Part shown: positions 26,577 through 36,138 of the stretch, in pieces
Numbering within the stretch: the stretch's first letter is position 1
Layout: every line of letters begins with the position of its first letter
Origin: a virus
Lineage: Duplodnaviria; Heunggongvirae; Uroviricota; Caudoviricetes
DNA length: 64,000 nt
Virus record (IMG/VR): IMGVR_UViG_3300031555_002904
Direction: 5' to 3' (one strand)
Made by a program: the position numbers and the translations under genes
Notes under the pieces: generated by a model
What the model saw: only the letters and a program-made list of their open reading frames with translations
The model's database searches: none
What the model was told of the DNA's origin: nothing

Positions 26577-28910
26577 ATGGCGATTAAAACCTATAAAAAG
26601 GGAACTGCTACTCAATTGAGTACAAATTTTAAATCTACTGAATTTGACTGTCATGGCTCTGGTTGTTGCTCTTCAACTTTAGTTGATGAAAATTTGGTTA
26701 AATATCTCCAAAAAATCAGAAATCATTTTGGTAAATCAGTGCATATCAATAGTGGTTTTAGATGTAAGACCCACAACGCTAATGTTGGTGGCGCATCCAA
26801 GTCCAATCATATGGACGGCGAAGCCGCAGATATTAGAATTGATGGAGTAACCCCATTAGAAATCGCTCAATATGCTGAACATATCGGTATGTTGGGTATC
26901 GGTGTTTATAGCTGGGGTGTTCATGTTGATACTCGTACATCTAAATACTTTTGGTATGATGGTGGCGCAAGTAATGTAAAAACTTTTGGTGGAAGCTTTG
27001 TGGAAGAAGATACCACTCCTACTATTGATACAAGTAAAATTGTAGATAAAGCTGCTGACCCAAAAGTTATTTGGGATTTCTTAAAATCTCAAGGATTAAA
27101 TGATTATGGTATTGCTGGATTAATGGGTAATTTATATGCTGAATCTGGATTAAAACCAACTAATTTACAAAATACTTATGAAAAGAAACTTGGATATACT
27201 GATGCTGAATACACTGCCGCAGTTGACCAAAAAATTTATAAGAATTTCGTAAATGATAGTGCTGGATATGGTCTAGCTCAATGGACTTATTACTCCCGCA
27301 AACAAAATATGTTAACCTTCCATACTAAAAAAGGTAAGTCAATTGGTGATTTAAATACTCAATTAGAGTTTTTAGTTCATGAATTAACTACAAGTTATAA
27401 GAGTTCAGTTTGGGAAGTTCTAAAATCAGCAAAATCTGTTTTAGAAGCATCTAATGCAGTATTGTTGAAGTTTGAGCGTCCTGCTGACCAAAGTACCGCT
27501 GTACAAAATAAACGAGCCTCTTTTGGACAGGGATACTATAATAAATATCATGTTAACGATACTGTTGTGGCTCCAACAGTACCAAGTCAAGGAGGAACTG
27601 GTAAGATGAAATATTCCGCATCTAATAAGCCCCTTGTATGTATGCAGACACAGAGCACTTGCTACAAGGGCACATCTAAAATGACTGTTAAGGGTGTACT
27701 GTGGCACTCTACTGGTGCTAATAATCCTAATTTAAAACGCTATGTTCAGCCAAGCGATAATGCTTCTGACAAAGCAGCCATGTTAAAACTATTAGGAACT
27801 AATACTTATAAAAACGACTGGAACCATGTATCTGTACAAGCAGGATTAAACTGCTGGATTGGTAAATTAGCTGATGGTACAGTAACTACTGTTCAAACTA
27901 TGCCTTGGGATTATAAGCCTTGGGGTTGTGGTTCTGGTTCTCGTGGTTCTTGTAATAATGGTTGGATTCAATTTGAAATTTGTGAAGATAGCTTGACAAG
28001 TAAGGCTTATTTTGAAGAGACTTATAAAGAAGCTTGTGAAATTACTGCTTATCTATGCAAAATGTATGGATTAGACCCAAAAGGCACTGTAAGTTATGCT
28101 GGAGCAACTGTTCCTGTTATTTTATGTCATGCTGATTCTCATAAATTAGGATTGGGTTCTAATCACGGAGATGTATTACATTGGTTTAAGAAATACGGTA
28201 AAACTATGGATGATGTCCGCAATGACGTTGCCGCTTTAATGGGAAGTACTTCTCAAATTACTCCTCCAGAAGAAGAGGATGAGCCAGAAGTAGTAACTCA
28301 GCTATATCGTGTACGTAAGAGTTGGGCTGATGCTAAGTCTCAAATTGGTGCATATACTAAATTAAGTAATGCAAAGGCTGCTTGTGATAAGGCTGGTAAA
28401 GACTATTTTGTATTTGATGGCAATGGTTTTGTTGTTTATCCTGAATCTGCTGTTGTTGTAAAACCAACTCCTGAAACTCCAACTAATACTTTAAAAGTTG
28501 GCGATGCTATTAAGCTGTTGCCTGGTGCAACTTACACTTCTGGTAAAGCAATTCCTAACTGGGTGTTCAAATCTAAATTATATTTGAGAGAAATCCGTGC
28601 TAATACTGGTAGTTATGTATTCTCTACCCAAAAAACAGGTGCCGTAACTGGTGTTGTTGCTCCTAAGTTTGTAGTTCCCTATGACACAGTAATTGAAGGT
28701 ACTAATAGCGGTGGTTCTACTTTTACTCCTTATTTGGTAAAAGTTACTGCTGATGTATTAAATGTCCGCCAGAAGGCAACTACCTCTTCTCCAATTACCA
28801 CTCAGATTAAAAATGGTGGAGTTTTCACTATTGTAGCTGAAGATGGCAAGTGGGGTAAATTAAAGTCTGGCGCAGGCTGGATTCACTTGGATTATACCAA
28901 GAAGCTCTAA
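26577..28910 (+). CDS. multidomain peptidoglycan hydrolase (M15 zinc D,D-peptidase plus lysozyme-like domain plus C-terminal binding region)
   Basis: RBS AAAGGAGAG; SGFRC..HN..VGG...S.H..G.A.D (peptidase M15); GIAGLMGNLYAESG...AQW (phage lysozyme-like). Confidence 0.75.
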   Translation: MAIKTYKKGTATQLSTNFKSTEFDCHGSGCCSSTLVDENLVKYLQKIRNHFGKSVHINSGFRCKTHNANVGGASKSNHMDGEAADIRIDGVTPLEIAQYAEHIGMLGIGVYSWGVHVDTRTSKYFWYDGGASNVKTFGGSFVEEDTTPTIDTSKIVDKAADPKVIWDFLKSQGLNDYGIAGLMGNLYAESGLKPTNLQNTYEKKLGYTDAEYTAAVDQKIYKNFVNDSAGYGLAQWTYYSRKQNMLTFHTKKGKSIGDLNTQLEFLVHELTTSYKSSVWEVLKSAKSVLEASNAVLLKFERPADQSTAVQNKRASFGQGYYNKYHVNDTVVAPTVPSQGGTGKMKYSASNKPLVCMQTQSTCYKGTSKMTVKGVLWHSTGANNPNLKRYVQPSDNASDKAAMLKLLGTNTYKNDWNHVSVQAGLNCWIGKLADGTVTTVQTMPWDYKPWGCGSGSRGSCNNGWIQFEICEDSLTSKAYFEETYKEACEITAYLCKMYGLDPKGTVSYAGATVPVILCHADSHKLGLGSNHGDVLHWFKKYGKTMDDVRNDVAALMGSTSQITPPEEEDEPEVVTQLYRVRKSWADAKSQIGAYTKLSNAKAACDKAGKDYFVFDGNGFVVYPESAVVVKPTPETPTNTLKVGDAIKLLPGATYTSGKAIPNWVFKSKLYLREIRANTGSYVFSTQKTGAVTGVVAPKFVVPYDTVIEGTNSGGSTFTPYLVKVTADVLNVRQKATTSSPITTQIKNGGVFTIVAEDGKWGKLKSGAGWIHLDYTKKL

Positions 28911-29075
28911 TCGTTTATTATAACTCATTCTGAAAGTTTTTAATATTTCTATTCTATTTTATAGCATGTGTGGGCGCATGTGAAAGTAGTAGCGAGCAAG
29001 ATAATACCATGTAAGATAATATAGATGAAAAAATATTATAAGACAAGTAGGAATGAGTTATTTTTATAAAAGGTG

Positions 29076-29399
29076 ATGAAAATGAAAAAGAAAAAGACTG
29101 AAAATAAAATGGAATTTTCTAAACGACTATTACTCCAAGAGTCATTGTTGATTTGGATTATTACAATCGCATTTATTATTTTAGCTTTCGTATGCGTAGC
29201 AAACCAATTCTTTGGTGAACTACCTTGGTTAGCTGCTATGTGCGGCTTCCCCTGGACCGCATATGGAGCAAGTCAAGCTTTTTATTTCAAAAAAGCGGAA
29301 AAAGAAAATACTAAAGGCGGAATTAAATATGAAACTGTTATGGCGGATTATTGTGAAGAAATTCCTCCCGAACAGTTTGATGCGTCCGCAAATGGATAA
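29076..29399 (+). CDS. membrane protein, holin candidate
   Basis: Two transmembrane segments, charged C-terminus, immediately downstream of the lysin. Confidence 0.45.
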   Translation: MKMKKKKTENKMEFSKRLLLQESLLIWIITIAFIILAFVCVANQFFGELPWLAAMCGFPWTAYGASQAFYFKKAEKENTKGGIKYETVMADYCEEIPPEQFDASANG

Positions 29400-29414
29400 T
29401 AAGGAGGATAAATT

Positions 29415-29819
29415 ATGGAATGGTTACCACTATTATATGAAATTTTGCAAGTTTGTGTAATTCCTCTATTGGGTGTTTTAACTGCTTACATTGTTAAATA
29501 CATCAAGGTAAAGAGCGTTGAAATTCAAGCAGGTGTAGATAATGATATGGCTGACAAGTATATTGCCATGGTCGCTGATACTGTGTCTGCTTGTGTTATT
29601 GCTACCAATCAAACTTATGTTGAAGCATTAAAGAAAGAAAATGCTTTCACTGCTGAAGCACAAAAAGAGGCTTTTCAATTAACATATAATGCTGTTATGG
29701 CTATTTTGACTGATGAAGCTAAAGAATATTTGGCTGAAATCTATGGCGATGTATCTACTTATATTACCAACAAGATTGAAGCTGAAGTAAATATTAGCAA
29801 AATCGTTCCTGTTGAATAA
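29415..29819 (+). CDS. membrane-anchored protein (holin or spanin candidate)
   Basis: RBS AAGGAGG; N-terminal transmembrane helix then a helical domain. Confidence 0.4.
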   Translation: MEWLPLLYEILQVCVIPLLGVLTAYIVKYIKVKSVEIQAGVDNDMADKYIAMVADTVSACVIATNQTYVEALKKENAFTAEAQKEAFQLTYNAVMAILTDEAKEYLAEIYGDVSTYITNKIEAEVNISKIVPVE

Positions 29820-29826
29820 TTTTTTT

Positions 29827-29867
29827 GGGCGAGACAATCATATGGTTGTCTCGCCCTTATTTTTTTT
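29827..29867 (+). terminator. rho-independent terminator
   Basis: gggcgagacaa/tcatatgg/ttgtctcgccc then T run. Confidence 0.7.
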
Positions 29868-29887
29868 GTCCAATAAAGAAATTTTAG

Positions 29888-29916
29888 TTGATTTTCTAAA
29901 AAATCTTTGGTATAAT
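29888..29916 (+). promoter_or_regulatory. promoter (TTGATT-17-TATAAT)
   Basis: TTGATT 29888-29893, TGGTATAAT ending 29916. Confidence 0.55.
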
Positions 29917-29960
29917 ATACACATAAGAAAAAATCTTAAGAAATTTGAAAGGAGAACGAT

Positions 29961-31856
29961 ATGTCAGATTATGGTGTAAAAGACATAAAAACACTAGAAG
30001 GTATCGAAGCTATCCGACTACGTCCAGGTATGTATATCGGTTCAGTTGGACCTGATGGTGTTAGACACATCACACTCGAAATCATTTCTAACGCAGTTGA
30101 TGAATACTTAAACGGACATTGCACTAACTGTATTATTACGGTTGGCTCCGATGGAGTTATTCGTATCGCAGATAATGGTCGTGGTGTTCCGTTTGGAAAA
30201 GCTGAAGATGGTAGTGAAACTCTGGTGAATGTTTATACAAAACTTCATACAGGCGCAAAATTTGATAGTGATGGTAAAACTGGTTATAACACTTCTGGTG
30301 GTATGAACGGTGTCGGTGCCAAGGCTACAAATGCTCTATCTTCTTATTTTGCTGTTGAATCTGTGCGTGATGGAAAATCTGCTTACGCAGTTTTTGAAAA
30401 AGGTGAATTGAAATCTTATGAAGAGCAACCTTTTACAAAGGGACTACACGGAACTACAATCAGTTTCAAGCCCGATGAGACTATCTTCAAAGAAGGAATT
30501 CGTCTTGAATATGCCCCACTAAAGAAACAAATCCAAGAGCTAGCTTATCTATCTCCTGGTATGGTGTTTAACTTCAAATATGAAGATAAAGAAGAAGAAG
30601 TTATCACTTCTCAAAATGGTATTCGAGATTATATCAATGATTTAAATAAAGATAAAAATAAGGTAACTTCCGTATTCTATACTGAAAATATGGAAGATAG
30701 AATTGGTGTTAAGATTGCTATGCAGTATAATGATACTTATACTGATATGTATAAGCTCTATACCAACTCTATTCCTAATAGTGCGGGAACCCACTTAACC
30801 GGTTTTAGAACCGCACTCACGCAAACTATGAATGACTATGCTCGTGATAATAAGCTCCTAAAGGAGAAAGATGCTAATATTACTGGTGAAGAATTGAAGG
30901 AAGGTTTGGTTCTGGTTCTATCCTTCATTATGCCTGACCCTGTTTTCTCCGGCCAGACGAAAGATGTTCTTTCCAGTAGTGAAGCAAGAACTGCGGTTCA
31001 GCGTTTAACCGCCCGTGAAATCCGAGTATGGCTCGACGCAAATCCCAAAGACGCAAAAGCCATTGTTGATAAAGCACTTTTGGCACGTGCAGCCCGTGAA
31101 AAAGCTAAAAAGGCCAAGGAAACCGTTCGTAAAGTTGACAACAAGCGTCGTGTGATTATGCCTGACGTACTTGCGGATGCCAGCTCTAAAGAGCGTCACA
31201 AATGTGAAGTCTTTATTGTTGAGGGTAAATCTGCTGCAGGTACAACAATTGAAGCTCGTGACAGAGGTACTCAAGCAGTATTCCAACTTCGTGGTAAGCC
31301 GCTAAATGTTTTGAAGTGCGACCTACATAAGGCTCTTCAGAATAAAGAAATCAGCGGTATGGTTGATGCTTTTGGTTTAGAAGTTAAGGACGGTAAGATT
31401 ATCGTTGATGAAACTAAGTTGAGATATGGTAAATTCATCATTACCGCAGATGCTGATGTTGATGGTTCTCATATTCGTGTTCTATTCCTAACTTTTATTT
31501 GGAAGTTCTGTCCAGACCTACTGGATAAGGGATATATTTATGCCGCTGTACCTCCACTATATAAAGCAACTATTGGAACTAAAATCCAGTATTTAAAGGA
31601 TGATGCTGCTCTTGAAGAATTCCGCAAAACCAATAGTAAGAAATTTGAACTTGGTCGTATGAAGGGTCTAGGTGAAATGGACCCTGATGAAATGGCTGAA
31701 ACTGTTATGAGTGCGGAGACTCGTACTTTAAAGCAGATTACCATGGAAGATGCGGCCGCCGTGGCAAATGTCTTTATGAGCTTAATGGGTGAGTCTGTAA
31801 CTCCTCGTAAGAAGTTTATTGAAGATAACGCTTGGAGGGCAAATATCGATGTCTGA
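29961..31856 (+). CDS. gyrB: type IIA topoisomerase ATPase subunit (GyrB/ParE-like)
   Basis: GHKL ATPase (GLHHLV-like region), TOPRIM EVFIVEGKSAAG, PLRGKPLN, DADVDGSHI. Confidence 0.9.
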   Translation: MSDYGVKDIKTLEGIEAIRLRPGMYIGSVGPDGVRHITLEIISNAVDEYLNGHCTNCIITVGSDGVIRIADNGRGVPFGKAEDGSETLVNVYTKLHTGAKFDSDGKTGYNTSGGMNGVGAKATNALSSYFAVESVRDGKSAYAVFEKGELKSYEEQPFTKGLHGTTISFKPDETIFKEGIRLEYAPLKKQIQELAYLSPGMVFNFKYEDKEEEVITSQNGIRDYINDLNKDKNKVTSVFYTENMEDRIGVKIAMQYNDTYTDMYKLYTNSIPNSAGTHLTGFRTALTQTMNDYARDNKLLKEKDANITGEELKEGLVLVLSFIMPDPVFSGQTKDVLSSSEARTAVQRLTAREIRVWLDANPKDAKAIVDKALLARAAREKAKKAKETVRKVDNKRRVIMPDVLADASSKERHKCEVFIVEGKSAAGTTIEARDRGTQAVFQLRGKPLNVLKCDLHKALQNKEISGMVDAFGLEVKDGKIIVDETKLRYGKFIITADADVDGSHIRVLFLTFIWKFCPDLLDKGYIYAAVPPLYKATIGTKIQYLKDDAALEEFRKTNSKKFELGRMKGLGEMDPDEMAETVMSAETRTLKQITMEDAAAVANVFMSLMGESVTPRKKFIEDNAWRANIDV

Positions 31857-32079
31857 GTATCATGGATATTGGTTTTGGGATTTGGGCGATGATAAAATCA
31901 TCCAAGCTCAAGATTTAATGGATGAATATTGTCTATTAAATTGCCCTCAAAGTGTTATTGGCCCATTTAAGACAGAGGCTAGTGTCAATTTATATAAAGC
32001 CGCACATCCCGATGAAAGTAAAAAATTCAATGAAATGTTGAAAGATATGGAGGAATTTTATTATGGCGAATGTAATTAA
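31852..32079 (+). CDS. hypothetical protein
   Basis: ATG overlaps the gyrB stop (ATGTCTGA). Confidence 0.4.
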   Translation, partial: SEYHGYWFWDLGDDKIIQAQDLMDEYCLLNCPQSVIGPFKTEASVNLYKAAHPDESKKFNEMLKDMEEFYYGECN

Positions 32080-32299
32080 AGTTGCTCCTGGTGATACAAT
32101 TTTATTCACCATTGGTGATGATGTTGATATTGATGAATATAAGGCGATTAGTGAAAAGCTAATTAGCCTATTAAATACTCCTAATATAGTTTTAATGCCT
32201 GAATATGCAATTAAAGATGTGACTGTATTTAAGCGTGAACTAACAGGAACAAGTAATATGTTTTTAGATGGAGGTTATATTTATGACCAACGCTACTAA
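32063..32299 (+). CDS. hypothetical protein
   Basis: 78 aa ORF in the array. Confidence 0.4.
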   Translation: MANVIKVAPGDTILFTIGDDVDIDEYKAISEKLISLLNTPNIVLMPEYAIKDVTVFKRELTGTSNMFLDGGYIYDQRY

Positions 32300-32672
32300 T
32301 GTAATCTCTATGGAGAATCGTAGACAATATACTTATGCTGATACAAATAAAGCATCTATTTTTGGTGGGGTAATCGGTAAGTATACTGGTTATCCTTTCC
32401 AGGTTGTAAATATTCAACCAAATGATGTAATTTTACTTAAAATTGCTGATAATTTAAGTTTGAGAGAGTGTCAAACAATTCAAAAAGAAATGAATGAAAC
32501 TTTTCCAAATAATACAGTAATTTTATGTAATGACCACATTTTGAAGGGTATTACAGTTCTACGAGGCGAAACTGAAAAAATTAGTGATACAGTTGATATT
32601 TTATCAACAATTGATGTAGATAAAATGTTTGAAGAACTATTGAAAGGAAACCCGAATGATTTTCTATACTGA
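32283..32672 (+). CDS. hypothetical protein
   Basis: RBS GGAGG then ATG 32283. Confidence 0.4.
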   Translation: MTNATNVISMENRRQYTYADTNKASIFGGVIGKYTGYPFQVVNIQPNDVILLKIADNLSLRECQTIQKEMNETFPNNTVILCNDHILKGITVLRGETEKISDTVDILSTIDVDKMFEELLKGNPNDFLY

Positions 32673-33132
32673 TGGTTCCTGCGTTGGGAACGGAAAAGTG
32701 AACGCAAGTGGTGGTTACGGCATTGTTGGCGTTGACGAAAATGATTGTGTTCAGTTCGTCCGTGCCAAGAGAACAAATGGAACTACCAATAATAGAGAAG
32801 AATTGAAAGCTATTCTATATGTTATGCTTAATTATGGAGAAAAATGCGATGATTGGGGCCAGCCTCCGATTGTATATAGCGACTCCGCATATTGTGTAAA
32901 TACTTTCAATGAATGGATGTTTAATTGGGCAAGAAATGGTTGGGTTAAAAGTGATAAAAAAGTTCCCGAAAATCTTGATTTAATTCAAGCCTATTATGAT
33001 TGGTATAAGCAAGGTTTTCGTATTGATTTGAGAAAAATCAAAGGTCATGCTGGACATGAATGGAATGAACTTGCTGACCAGCTTGCTACTGGTTATATTT
33101 CTGAGGAAGAAGCATATGCCACATATAACTAA
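32656..33132 (+). CDS. rnhA: ribonuclease HI
   Basis: YTDGSC...GGYGIV...NNREELKAI...YSDSAY...KGHAGHEWNELADQLA. Confidence 0.85.
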   Translation: MIFYTDGSCVGNGKVNASGGYGIVGVDENDCVQFVRAKRTNGTTNNREELKAILYVMLNYGEKCDDWGQPPIVYSDSAYCVNTFNEWMFNWARNGWVKSDKKVPENLDLIQAYYDWYKQGFRIDLRKIKGHAGHEWNELADQLATGYISEEEAYATYN

Positions 33133-33481
33133 GTATTCAGAAAAAATGCAATGTATTAAACCTCCAATAGATAAGTTATGGAAAGAAGATTTGGAACGAA
33201 AATATGTGCGGATTCCAGAAGGCGTAGCAGAAGCCGCACATACTGCAGTTCGTGCCTTAGCTATTCCACCTTATATGCTTGAGAGGTTACGAGAACTTCC
33301 TACTCAATATTCATATATGACACCAGAAGATAAGTGTAGTATTTTTGATTTAGTTGAGGAAGTTATTAGTAATACAATGAAATCGAATTGGACAGAAGAA
33401 AATTTTTTGAAAGATTTTGTAGAGATAAAGGAGGTTCCTTATGGGAGATATAATTCAGACTCCGATTATCGGGGAAGTTGA
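33116..33481 (+). CDS. hypothetical protein
   Basis: ATG overlaps the RNase H end; 121 aa. Confidence 0.35.
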   Translation: MPHITKYSEKMQCIKPPIDKLWKEDLERKYVRIPEGVAEAAHTAVRALAIPPYMLERLRELPTQYSYMTPEDKCSIFDLVEEVISNTMKSNWTEENFLKDFVEIKEVPYGRYNSDSDYRGS

Positions 33482-35816
33482 GCAAAGTTTCCTTGATTAT
33501 AGTTTGAGTGTTATTACCGATAGAGCCATCCCTTCAGCGGAAGATGGTTTGAAACCTGTTGCTCGTCGTATTCTTTGGGATATGTTCGATAAGGGTTATC
33601 ATAATAATAAAAAGTTTGTAAAATGTGCTCAACCAGTCGGTGATACGATGGGTCGTTTCCATCCTCACGGCGATGCTTCTATTTATGGTGCGTTAGTGTG
33701 GTTGAGTCAACCTTGGAATATGAGATACCCTCTTATCTCTTTCCATGGTAATAATGGTTCACGTGATGGATACGAGGCTGCAGCTTATCGTTATACTGAA
33801 TGTAAACTATCTAAAGCAGGCGAAGAAATGCTTGCTGATATTAAGAAAGATACTGTCGATTGGCAATTAGCATATACCGATGTGGAAGAAGAGCCAGTCT
33901 ATCTGCCTGGTCGTATTCCCAATTTGATTGTGAATGGTACTTCTGGTATCGCAGTTGCGATGGCTTGTAGCTTCGCACCTCACAATTTAAATGAAGTTAT
34001 GGATGCGGCAATCCATGTAACTCAAAACCCTAATTGTGATATTAAGGAAATTTTGAATTACATTTCCGGACCTGATTTCCCAACTGGCGGATTAATTATT
34101 AACAAAGACGAATTACCCGCAGCTTATCTAACAGGTAAGGGCAGAGCAAGAATCAGAGGAGAGTACAAAATTGAATCTGATAAACGTGGCGATAGTATCG
34201 TCTTTACTTCCATTCCTTATAAGGTATCTAAAGAAGACCTTGTAAAGGAAATTGATAAGCTTTGTGAGGAAGGTAAATTGGAAGGAATTACTACCATCCG
34301 AGACGAAAGTAACAAAGATGGTGTGCGTTTCGTTATTGAATTAGCAAAGGGAATTTCTGCTGAACCTATTATCGCAAAGTTGTTTAAATTAACTCGCTTA
34401 GAGGATACTTATAGTTTCAATCAGGTTGCTCTGGTTGAGAAGAAACCTCAGCTTTTGAATATTAAGCAACTTTTGGAAATTTATATTGCTCACCAGAAAG
34501 ATGTTCTGTTGAGAAAAACTAAATATGAAGCTAATAAAGTTGCGGCTCGTATTCATATCTTGGAAGGTCTGTTGAAGGCTCTTGAAGATATTGACAATAT
34601 CATTGCTCTTATTAAGAAGAGCGAGTCTGCGGCAGCTGCTAAGGTTGTTCTTATGAACCAGTATGGTTTCTCTGAAGCCCAGGCTAAGGCGATTCTTGAT
34701 ATGAAGCTTTCTAAGTTGGCAAAATTAGAGAAAGTTGAGATTGAAAATGAAAGAGCTGAGCTTATATCTGAGTTAGAGAGACTACAGGGAATTCTGCAAA
34801 ATCCAACGCCAGAGTTAGTTAAGGGTTTTACAGAACTTAAAAAGACTTATGGCGACGCTCGCAGAAGCACTATAACTCAGGTTGCTTCCACTAAGGAAGA
34901 GAAGGAAATCGAATTCGTCGAGCCAGAGAAGTGTGTTGTTATTATGACTGAGGGTGGTCTCGTTAAGAGAATTCCTGCAACTAGCTTCCGTACCCAGAAG
35001 CGAAATGGTAAGGGTGTAAAAACTCAAGATGATATTACTCATGCAGTAATTCGTACTAATACGATTGACTCTTTGATGATTTTCTCTGATAAGGGCAAGA
35101 TGTATCGTCTACTTGTCAATGATGTTCCAGTAGGAACCAATGTAAGTAAGGGTCAGTCTATCAAGTCCCTAATCAATATGGATATGGATGAACAGCCTGC
35201 TGTAATGTATTCTATTTATAGAGATACTGATGCTGCATATGTATTGTTCGTAACTAAAAATGGATTAGTTAAGAAAACAAGTCTTGAAGAATATGTTAAG
35301 ACTAAGAAAAAGACTGGCATTGCAGCAATTACCATTAAAGATGGTGATGAGCTTGCCGCAGTATCTTTGGTTAAGGACGAACAGTTAATCCTGGTAACTA
35401 AGAATGGTATGGCAATTAGATTTGATTCTAAGGAAGTAAGTCCTACTTCTCGTGCCACTTCTGGTGTAAAGGGTATTAACTTGGGTGCCGATGATGAAAT
35501 TGTCGCCGCAATTCCTGTCCGTAATACAAATGATAAATTGGCAATCTTCGTTAATGGTGGATACTGTAAGAAGTTTGGTCTTGACGAACTTCCTCTCCAG
35601 AAGAGAGCAGGTAAGGGTCTGATGTGTTATAAGCCTACTGATACTACTGGTAAAGTGGTTGCGGCAACCCTTGTTGAAGATAGTGATTGTGTATTGATTT
35701 TGGGTGATAAGAGCAGTATTTGTATCGAAGCATCCGAAATTCCAAACCTTGGTAGAGCTTCTATTGGCAATGTTGTTATCAAGAATAGTAAAGTTCTATC
35801 TGTAAGTAAGGTATGA
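33441..35816 (+). CDS. gyrA: type IIA topoisomerase subunit A (GyrA/ParC-like)
   Basis: DGLKPVARRIL, active-site region AAYRYTEC, C-terminal beta-pinwheel repeats. Confidence 0.9.
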   Translation: MGDIIQTPIIGEVEQSFLDYSLSVITDRAIPSAEDGLKPVARRILWDMFDKGYHNNKKFVKCAQPVGDTMGRFHPHGDASIYGALVWLSQPWNMRYPLISFHGNNGSRDGYEAAAYRYTECKLSKAGEEMLADIKKDTVDWQLAYTDVEEEPVYLPGRIPNLIVNGTSGIAVAMACSFAPHNLNEVMDAAIHVTQNPNCDIKEILNYISGPDFPTGGLIINKDELPAAYLTGKGRARIRGEYKIESDKRGDSIVFTSIPYKVSKEDLVKEIDKLCEEGKLEGITTIRDESNKDGVRFVIELAKGISAEPIIAKLFKLTRLEDTYSFNQVALVEKKPQLLNIKQLLEIYIAHQKDVLLRKTKYEANKVAARIHILEGLLKALEDIDNIIALIKKSESAAAAKVVLMNQYGFSEAQAKAILDMKLSKLAKLEKVEIENERAELISELERLQGILQNPTPELVKGFTELKKTYGDARRSTITQVASTKEEKEIEFVEPEKCVVIMTEGGLVKRIPATSFRTQKRNGKGVKTQDDITHAVIRTNTIDSLMIFSDKGKMYRLLVNDVPVGTNVSKGQSIKSLINMDMDEQPAVMYSIYRDTDAAYVLFVTKNGLVKKTSLEEYVKTKKKTGIAAITIKDGDELAAVSLVKDEQLILVTKNGMAIRFDSKEVSPTSRATSGVKGINLGADDEIVAAIPVRNTNDKLAIFVNGGYCKKFGLDELPLQKRAGKGLMCYKPTDTTGKVVAATLVEDSDCVLILGDKSSICIEASEIPNLGRASIGNVVIKNSKVLSVSKV

Positions 35817-36088
35817 GAACGATTTATTTCAGACCAAGTATGCCTATCGTTGAGTCGGGACGAGAAATGTCCCGACTCTATGAGTGGTTTGGCGAACAAA
35901 ATGGTATTGAAATCAGAATGAACGATTTTACTTTTGCTCAAATTTTACATCGAATTAATATAAATCCAAATGATAAAATTATGTTTTTTGATGAACCTAT
36001 GTTTGTATATGGTTATAGAGTCCAATTAGTAGAAGATGTTCCAGATTTTTATGTCAATATATTTGACTTCAGTGATTTCTGGAGTTGA
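35813..36088 (+). CDS. hypothetical protein
   Basis: ATGA overlap with the gyrA stop. Confidence 0.4.
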   Translation: MRTIYFRPSMPIVESGREMSRLYEWFGEQNGIEIRMNDFTFAQILHRININPNDKIMFFDEPMFVYGYRVQLVEDVPDFYVNIFDFSDFWS

Positions 36089-36113
36089 CAAAATAAAAAA
36101 TTTTTTCTATAAT
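36085..36113 (+). promoter_or_regulatory. promoter (TTGACA-17-TATAAT)
   Basis: TTGACA 36085-36090, TATAAT 36108-36113, RBS AAGGAGAA. Confidence 0.6.
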
Positions 36114-36138
36114 ATATATGTAATTAAGGAGAATAGAA

